A stretch of DNA of 64,000 nucleotides, from assembly GCA_014859835.1 (NCBI GenBank), contig JACZKW010000047.1:68794-132793 (forward strand). Reading direction: 5' to 3'. Shown here piece by piece: positions 58,260-64,000 of this stretch (positions within the stretch are counted from its first letter, which is position 1; each line of letters opens with the position of its first letter). A model generated the notes under the pieces. That model was not told where the DNA came from and ran no database searches. It saw nothing but the letters and a program-made list of their open reading frames with translations. The position numbers were made by a program, and so were the translations under genes. The DNA comes from Thermoplasmata archaeon (GTDB lineage: Archaea; Thermoplasmatota; Thermoplasmata; UBA10834).

Positions 58260-59519
58260 TCACACATCCCGGAGGAAGTCTTCCATGTCCTTCTTGAGTG
58301 TCTTGCACCGCGTTGTCCAGACCGCTAGAGTGCTCTTGTCCTCCTCCTTCTGCCGAGTCCTCCATCTATGATATACGAATACGGACAAGGCTATGGTTGC
58401 ACCACCCAGGATCAATAGGATCATCGGGATTATCGAATGATTGTCATATAGTCCTATGATTCCCCATATGAGGAATATCACTCCCATATACCCCAACAAA
58501 ACGATCACCATCCAATCTCCTGGTGAACGGAACATGCCACTCTTGTGAAGAACGCCGACCCAGTCGGGCACTCGTCTGCACGATTCGGAGATCAACTCAA
58601 ATGAATCCATTTCTCTGGAGGGTTCCGTTTCCTCATTCGCTTCTCTGGACAGAGCTCTCTCAAGCCTTGCAGCCCAGACACGCATCTCGTCCAGCTTCGG
58701 CTTGATTCTCCTCGCACTGATTCTCCATGATGCGAGAAGGAACACCACCATTGCTAGCAAGCCCAAGAGTGCCGAAATCGTTCCATTTTCGACCGTATGC
58801 AAGGTCAATCCAAGCACGGTCAGAAATGCAACCATGCTGAGAATTGCTAGAATCAGTAACCGATCCTGGTAATTTGATCTGGCGGATTCGTATGATTCGG
58901 ACGCGAGTCGATATCCCTCTGATAGACTATCAATAAGGAGTGCCCTGATGTTGGATGTGCGCGATTCTGATGTTGGAATGGGTAACCTTGATAATCTGGG
59001 GTAAATCCGCTCGCTTGCAAACACCACTGATTTATAGAATATTGATAAGGCGAATCCGATCGCCACCGGAAACATACCCGCAATGAAGAACGTGATGAGT
59101 ATGATGCTCCAACCCGCGGGTGTTGCATCTGCCTTATAACTCACAACAGTCCCTTCCGGTGTCTTGATTATCCTGATCTTAATTGACGACAAACTCGATA
59201 CATGCACGGATATGTGATCTTGCTTCTCTGTAACTCTATACCTTGAAACGCGAAGTCGGTGGACTAGATCCGCGGATACAGATGCTGGATCATCTGGGAT
59301 AGTGCATAGCTTGAAGCGCAACAGAACGCAGATTGAAAGAACAACCACGGTTGGTATCAGGAAATTGAGTGGTCCCAAGGTGTTCAACAGGGAATAGACA
59401 CTGATTGAAAGATCGTGGCCAAACAGAACATCGATCATGAATCGGAGCGCCATCGGAACTCCGATTCCAACTATCGCAATGAGAATTACCCAAAGGCGCG
59501 CCTTCTTTCGCTCCATCAT
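58260..59519 (-). CDS. Multi-pass membrane protein, uncharacterised
   Basis: At least 8 hydrophobic helices in two clusters separated by a soluble loop. Confidence 0.5.
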   Translation of the reverse strand: MMERKKARLWVILIAIVGIGVPMALRFMIDVLFGHDLSISVYSLLNTLGPLNFLIPTVVVLSICVLLRFKLCTIPDDPASVSADLVHRLRVSRYRVTEKQDHISVHVSSLSSIKIRIIKTPEGTVVSYKADATPAGWSIILITFFIAGMFPVAIGFALSIFYKSVVFASERIYPRLSRLPIPTSESRTSNIRALLIDSLSEGYRLASESYESARSNYQDRLLILAILSMVAFLTVLGLTLHTVENGTISALLGLLAMVVFLLASWRISARRIKPKLDEMRVWAARLERALSREANEETEPSREMDSFELISESCRRVPDWVGVLHKSGMFRSPGDWMVIVLLGYMGVIFLIWGIIGLYDNHSIIPMILLILGGATIALSVFVYHRWRTRQKEEDKSTLAVWTTRCKTLKKDMEDFLRDV

Positions 59520-59736
59520 TTCCCCCTGACTCAGATGCTCCTTGCATGAAATAAGGGTTACTCCACCACGATACGCTTTATGGTGGTTGCATAATTCAGC
59601 CCCTTCAGAATTGTGCGTTCCGCACTCCGCGCACGCTGAACTGCATCAAGCTTACAGTCCAGTAATTGATGCATTGATTCGAACCAGCTATCCAGAGTTT
59701 GTCAGGCACCCCGAAAATGAAATTCTTGCCGTGATG

Positions 59737-60147
59737 TCACAGAGTTGCCCCGCAAGACACGCATTTCAGGTCCGTCTGTTCGTTCAAAGTGCCACAGTAG
59801 CGGCACTTGAGCTTCGCGTTGATCTGTTGGTGATATCTTTCTTCGTGCTTCTTGTTGGTCCTTGTCAGATACACTCCAGCTCCGACCATGGCAAGTCCAG
59901 CAACGACCATGAGCAACGCGCCGATCCAGAGACCCATGAACATTGGAGCCAGGGCGAAGAAGAGCATCATGAAAGCGAGACCGAACAGCATCATTGGGAG
60001 AAAGCTGTCGTCGGTATCATCAGTCTGTCCTGTCACAACGCCAGTTGGAGACTGGATGATCTTGCCACAGCTCAGACAGAATCGTGAGACTTCGGGTATA
60101 TCGGCACTGCAGTGAGGGCACTTCAGCGGACCACACTCTGCTCTCAA
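59737..60147 (-). CDS. Membrane protein flanked by N- and C-terminal zinc-ribbon motifs
   Basis: CPHCS…CLSCG at the N-terminus, CRYCG…CVSCG at the C-terminus, and 2 TM helices between. Confidence 0.5.
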   Translation of the reverse strand: MRAECGPLKCPHCSADIPEVSRFCLSCGKIIQSPTGVVTGQTDDTDDSFLPMMLFGLAFMMLFFALAPMFMGLWIGALLMVVAGLAMVGAGVYLTRTNKKHEERYHQQINAKLKCRYCGTLNEQTDLKCVSCGATL

Positions 60148-60400
60148 GACCCTTATGAAGGCTCATATTGGTTACTTCGAGATTATCGATATCGATAATG
60201 GTCATGTCCTGTTCTCTCTTTTCACTCTCTTCAGATGTACGAGCACCACGTTGTCAACCGTCGGCTTATTGATAGCCTGTATGTGCTCAATATTGGCCTT
60301 CGGAGTGGGTACTATATAACACTGATTATTCCTGCAAAATCGGATTCGCGTTGTGAATCACATCGTTATATATATTTGACTTTCTATAAAGGAATCCCTT

Positions 60401-61867
60401 ATGCGTGAACTGTCTGGCAGTGGCATATATGGAAACCGTATCCCCAAATCTGGTAGCTCCCGCGCTGAACCGCCAAGAATCACTCGTGAGAAGACCCCCT
60501 TCCGGACCCGTAGGTTTGCCGTATCTCCATCGCTATCGCTCCTGATAGTCTTGGTCTGCACTGCTTGTCTTGTTCTGGCGCTATCTATCGGCGGCTCACC
60601 TATTGGCAGCGAGTTGCAGGTCAATGTCACCACAGCCGCTGACCAGGGCGCTCCTTCAGTCGCTATGACCTCTGGAGGAGAGTTCGCGGTCGTATGGGAA
60701 TCATATGGCCAGGACGGGGATGGCTATGACATCTATGCGCGACAGTATGACAGCACTGGAACGCCAATAGCGACCGAGTTCGGCGTCAACATCAATACCA
60801 CCGGCGATCAGAGATATCCATGCGCGGATACAGACTCTGACAGTAACCTGATGATCGTGTGGCAGTCGCCTGGAGATTATTGGGACGGCGTAGGGTATTC
60901 CACGCTGGGCGTGTACATCCTCAGATTCGACAGTTCTGGCACTTCGTGGAACCCCTCAGAGCAGCTGGCTAATGATCAGATGGCTGGGGATCAATTCGAG
61001 CCTGTCATTGCTGTCGCATCCAATTCGAAACACGTTGCTGTCTGGACCGACTCCGGACAGGATGGAAGTGGAAACGGGGTATTCGGCAAGCTGTTCAATC
61101 AGATGGGCGGAAGGATACTGAACTTCCAGGCCAACACATACATTACTGGATCTCAGTCCCAGCCTGCGATCGCCATGAGCGACGCTGGCGATTTCGTTGT
61201 GATGTGGAATTCATATGCTCAGGACGGAGACGAGGGAGGAATATGCGGGCAACGTTTCTCCAGCGGTGGCTCAGTAAGAGGTTCAGAGTTCCTTGTGAAC
61301 ACTCATACTTCTGATGACCAGAATTCTCCTGCAGTGGCCATTCATTCCTCTGGTACATTCATGGCCGCCTGGTCGTCTTACGGTCAAGACGGCGATGGCT
61401 ACGGGATATTCGGACAACGCTACGATGACGCCGGGACGCGCTTGGGATCGGAGTTTCAAGTGAACACTCATATCATTGGCGACCAGGTGAAGCCCAGTGT
61501 CTCTCCAGGTTCGAACGGATCCTTCCTGGCGACTTGGAGCTCCCAGGGTCCTGGCGGGAATGGTTTCGATGTATATGCTCAGCAATTCGATTCTGATGGC
61601 TCTCCGATCGGTTCTGAGTTCAAGGTCAACTCGTACGTATCGGGAGACCAGATGGATGCGGTGATATCTGCAGACTCCTTGGGCAACTATGTAATCGCAT
61701 GGTCGTCAGCAGATCAGGACGGCGACGGCCTCGGTATTTTCTGTCAGAGGTATGATACGGTTGCAATCCCTGAATTTGGGGAGGCACTCGTTCCCGTAAC
61801 AGTGACCCTTCTAGTGTTCGTCGTCCTCATGAAGCGTCGCAGCAAGAAGGGGAAGACCGAATCATAG
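60401..61867 (+). CDS. Secreted/cell-surface protein with seven about 55-aa repeats and a PEF-CTERM-like archaeosortase-type anchor
   Basis: N-terminal TM/signal (LSLLIVLVCTACLVLALSI). Repeats follow the pattern (S/T)EFxVNT…GDQ…P(S/A)VA…G(D/T)FVV(A/M)WxSxxQDGDGxGIFGQR(Y/F)D. The C-terminus (IPEFGEALVPVTVTLLVFVVLMKRRSKKGK) is PEF + TM + basic tail. Strong TATA-like tracts (TATATATTTGACTTTCTATAAAGG) lie 10-35 nt upstream. Confidence 0.6.
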   Translation: MRELSGSGIYGNRIPKSGSSRAEPPRITREKTPFRTRRFAVSPSLSLLIVLVCTACLVLALSIGGSPIGSELQVNVTTAADQGAPSVAMTSGGEFAVVWESYGQDGDGYDIYARQYDSTGTPIATEFGVNINTTGDQRYPCADTDSDSNLMIVWQSPGDYWDGVGYSTLGVYILRFDSSGTSWNPSEQLANDQMAGDQFEPVIAVASNSKHVAVWTDSGQDGSGNGVFGKLFNQMGGRILNFQANTYITGSQSQPAIAMSDAGDFVVMWNSYAQDGDEGGICGQRFSSGGSVRGSEFLVNTHTSDDQNSPAVAIHSSGTFMAAWSSYGQDGDGYGIFGQRYDDAGTRLGSEFQVNTHIIGDQVKPSVSPGSNGSFLATWSSQGPGGNGFDVYAQQFDSDGSPIGSEFKVNSYVSGDQMDAVISADSLGNYVIAWSSADQDGDGLGIFCQRYDTVAIPEFGEALVPVTVTLLVFVVLMKRRSKKGKTES

Positions 61868-61883
61868 GACGCAGGTCACTCTT

Positions 61884-62906
61884 CTATGCGATAGGTTTGC
61901 GGTACCATGTGTAATGCTTGATGACTGTGAAGCCCATGCCTTCATACAGTCTAATGGGATCGTGCGGGTTCTCGATTTCCATGCCCAACGTGGCATCGTC
62001 CATCCCGTGGTCTTTGAGGACATGGAAGCTACTCGCCAGAAGGGCACGTGCCAGTCCTTTGCCCCTGTACTGCTCTCGGACGAAGACGTGTTCAGTATGT
62101 CCGCATTTTCTTTCGGCTCGCTTATTCTCCTCGTCCACTATATAATTAAGAACCATCCCTGCCAGAGTGTCTCCTTTCCATGCCACCTGCCACAAATCTG
62201 GCTGGAATCCACTCGTCTTCTTGAAAGCCTCGAAATGCTCGTCGTCCCAAATATTATCGGAGTAATCCCATTCCTTCTGCTTGGATTCCTTGCACGCCTC
62301 CCATATCTTGCGATGGTGCTCAGGGCTGACCGGGCGTATCTCGAAGCCGTCGGGAAGCGGCATTTTCGGAATATCATCCAGACTCCTGACCATATCTATG
62401 ACGTGCTGGACCTCTCGATATCCATTATTCACAATGATGGATCTCCATTCGTTGTCCGTGTCGTTAGCCCAAAGCTCCAGGTGCCCTGCTCCTCCTTCGT
62501 CGTCCATCTTCGCGATTCTCAAAATGTGCCTCTCATTGTGCAGGAACAGTGCCTCTCTGATGCCTTGACCGCGCCATTCTTTCAGGAGCTCTGCCGAGTG
62601 ACGGTAACTCTTCTTGCCATCCGCTCTCTTCTCCCATGTGACTCTCGCCAGTCCCACCATATCCCCCTCGATTTCGGCAATGAGGATGTCCGACTTCGGA
62701 TCGAAATCGAGAGGATTGCTGAAGTCTGCTACGATGTCTCCCTCGGTTGTGATGAAGTCGACGCCGTCGGCTGCTCTGCTATGGTTTATCACTGCGACCA
62801 TCGCAGGGATATCCCCCTTCCCTTGATAGCGACGGAGAGTCAGCCCACGAATCGCTGGGAAGTCTTCGGCCTCGATATTCTCCATCTGTTTCTCGTTGCC
62901 GGTCAT
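61884..62906 (-). CDS. Tandem GNAT-domain acetyltransferase
   Basis: Two GNAT cores (…WRGQGIREALF… and …RGKGLARALL…). Confidence 0.6.
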   Translation of the reverse strand: MTGNEKQMENIEAEDFPAIRGLTLRRYQGKGDIPAMVAVINHSRAADGVDFITTEGDIVADFSNPLDFDPKSDILIAEIEGDMVGLARVTWEKRADGKKSYRHSAELLKEWRGQGIREALFLHNERHILRIAKMDDEGGAGHLELWANDTDNEWRSIIVNNGYREVQHVIDMVRSLDDIPKMPLPDGFEIRPVSPEHHRKIWEACKESKQKEWDYSDNIWDDEHFEAFKKTSGFQPDLWQVAWKGDTLAGMVLNYIVDEENKRAERKCGHTEHVFVREQYRGKGLARALLASSFHVLKDHGMDDATLGMEIENPHDPIRLYEGMGFTVIKHYTWYRKPIA

Positions 62907-63297
62907 TCACATACGCCCTCGTCAGATGCTCAGGACACGATGGTGTATCTGGCCTGAGGCAAGGATTGACAAGACTCCAGACACTATCAATCTTCGGGCG
63001 ATTTCTCTAACCGAGTACCACGTTAGTTGCGCCTGGGTGCGAATCCCTGAGTGAGCGAAGACGAATCAGTTCGTCAAGGATCCAACGGTTGCCTTTCAGA
63101 CACGAATCCTGACCATGACGCAAAGATCGAATCAGGAGTTCTCTGCCGATTACCGAGTACTCGGGCCGATTCGTGGTAGTTTTGCTCAGTTAAAGCACGA
63201 CATGTTTATTATATGGTCCGAGGCGTTTCGAGAGAGGTCAGTGCGTCAACGAGGTGTCGTGACGTCACTCTGAGTTTGGGGGGATTGAACAGTGACG

Positions 63298-64000
63298 ATG
63301 GTAGGGGGCCGGTGCAAGAGCGCGTCGATTGTCTTGGTTGCAATTCTGTTCGTCGTATCGATGGCGGCGTCGGGTTTTAGCATCGCGGAGAATGCGAATC
63401 AGTCGCTTCCTGCGGACGAAGCGAGGGCATACACAGTATTCGCAGTTGGCGATATAGGGCTCGATCAGTTGCCGAGGGCGAACACGAACAGGTACCAATA
63501 CGACAAGGTCGCGCAGTTGATATTCGACAATTCACCTGACGCTTTCCTCACGCTGGGGGATGCTCAACACAACGACGGCGAGCTCGAGGATTATCTGACC
63601 TACTACGACACATATTTCAACAAATTGAAGGACATCACCTATCCCGTGCCAGGGAACCACGATTACTACTTGACCGATTATGCCGAGGGATACTTCGACT
63701 ACTTCGGGAGCCCGGAATATTGTGGCAATTCGGAGCTCGTTCTGCAACAGGAGGATGCAGAGGGTCACTCGCTGGGGTACTATTCCTTTGATATCGGAAC
63801 TTGGCACATTGTCGCGTTGAATTCATATCTTACGCATCAATGCGAACTGACGGAGGACCTGCTCCCGGTTGAGGGATCAACTGCTTGGCAGCAGTACGAA
63901 TGGTTGAAAGCCGACCTCGCTGCTCATCAGGACGGATACACGGGCACGATTGCGACGATGCATCACCCGTTATACGACTGGGAGCTGTACTATAAGTGCG
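63298..64000 (+). CDS. Secreted calcineurin-like metallophosphoesterase, 5' part (runs off the window; not in the ORF track)
   Basis: ATG at 63298, N-terminal TM/signal (IVLVAILFVVSMAASG), phosphoesterase motifs GD(I/A)…GDAQHND…GNHDY…. A TATA-like GTTTATTATATGG lies about 85 nt upstream. Confidence 0.65.
   Translation, partial: MVGGRCKSASIVLVAILFVVSMAASGFSIAENANQSLPADEARAYTVFAVGDIGLDQLPRANTNRYQYDKVAQLIFDNSPDAFLTLGDAQHNDGELEDYLTYYDTYFNKLKDITYPVPGNHDYYLTDYAEGYFDYFGSPEYCGNSELVLQQEDAEGHSLGYYSFDIGTWHIVALNSYLTHQCELTEDLLPVEGSTAWQQYEWLKADLAAHQDGYTGTIATMHHPLYDWELYYKC

Noticed and set aside
1-64000. CRISPR arrays, transposases, integrases or prophage genes
   Set aside because: No regularly spaced direct repeats with unique spacers and no recombinase or transposase-like translations were seen in any frame. 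The only notable DNA repeats are the intragenic ones at 42191-42425 and the diverged repeat units inside 60401-61867.

Overview
Archaeal chromosomal window, dense gene content, roughly 55-60% GC by eye. Archaeal hallmarks are present: bulge-helix-bulge-type introns at position 37/38 in two tRNAs, Sec61beta, CDC48/VAT, ELP3, a four-subunit-type pyruvate:ferredoxin oxidoreductase and Mvh/Hdr. The lineage is possibly Thermoplasmatota/Methanomassiliicoccales-like, but this cannot be confirmed without searches. Contents in order: (1) the 3' part of ELP3, two overlapping TPR genes (one with an Mrr-like nuclease-fold N-domain and a C-terminal SAP motif), a PRC-barrel gene and CDC48. (2) porGD-porA-porB. 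(3) A tandem-GNAT gene, class-II lysS, a receiver-domain gene and a short Sec61beta gene missed by the ORF track. (4) A complete, compact, bacterial-style histidine operon hisG-D-C-H-A-B-F-IE plus a PHP-family phosphatase, followed by NikR. (5) A secreted C11 peptidase, an intron-containing tRNA-Glu(CUC), nadE with a separate CN-hydrolase, an intron-containing tRNA-Ser(GGA), a receiver-PAS regulator, two tandem paralogous membrane proteins, mobA and hypE. (6) The dominant feature: a roughly 25-kb array of genes all on the minus strand (30886-56266). It comprises hypB-F-C-A-D; a canonical hdrA-hdrC-hdrB-mvhD; two tandem-fused roughly 1000-aa 'double HdrA' genes and a third copy split into two ORFs, each followed by an MvhD-domain gene; an MvhD-HdrC-HdrB (HdrD-like) fusion; a small lysine-rich protein with a duplicated C-x4-C-x2-C-x4-C motif; a winged-helix-like module that occurs once fused to MvhD and once as a stand-alone ORF wedged between mvhD and mvhG; then mvhG-mvhA and a hydrogenase maturation protease. 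(7) pyrF, a wHTH regulator plus membrane protein, a double zinc-ribbon membrane protein, a secreted seven-repeat surface protein with a PEF-CTERM-like anchor, a tandem-GNAT gene and the 5' part of a secreted metallophosphoesterase. No CRISPR array, transposase or integrase was seen. The most interesting candidate for an undescribed system is the multi-module HdrA/MvhD supercluster with its wHTH-like and Cys-repeat accessory proteins.
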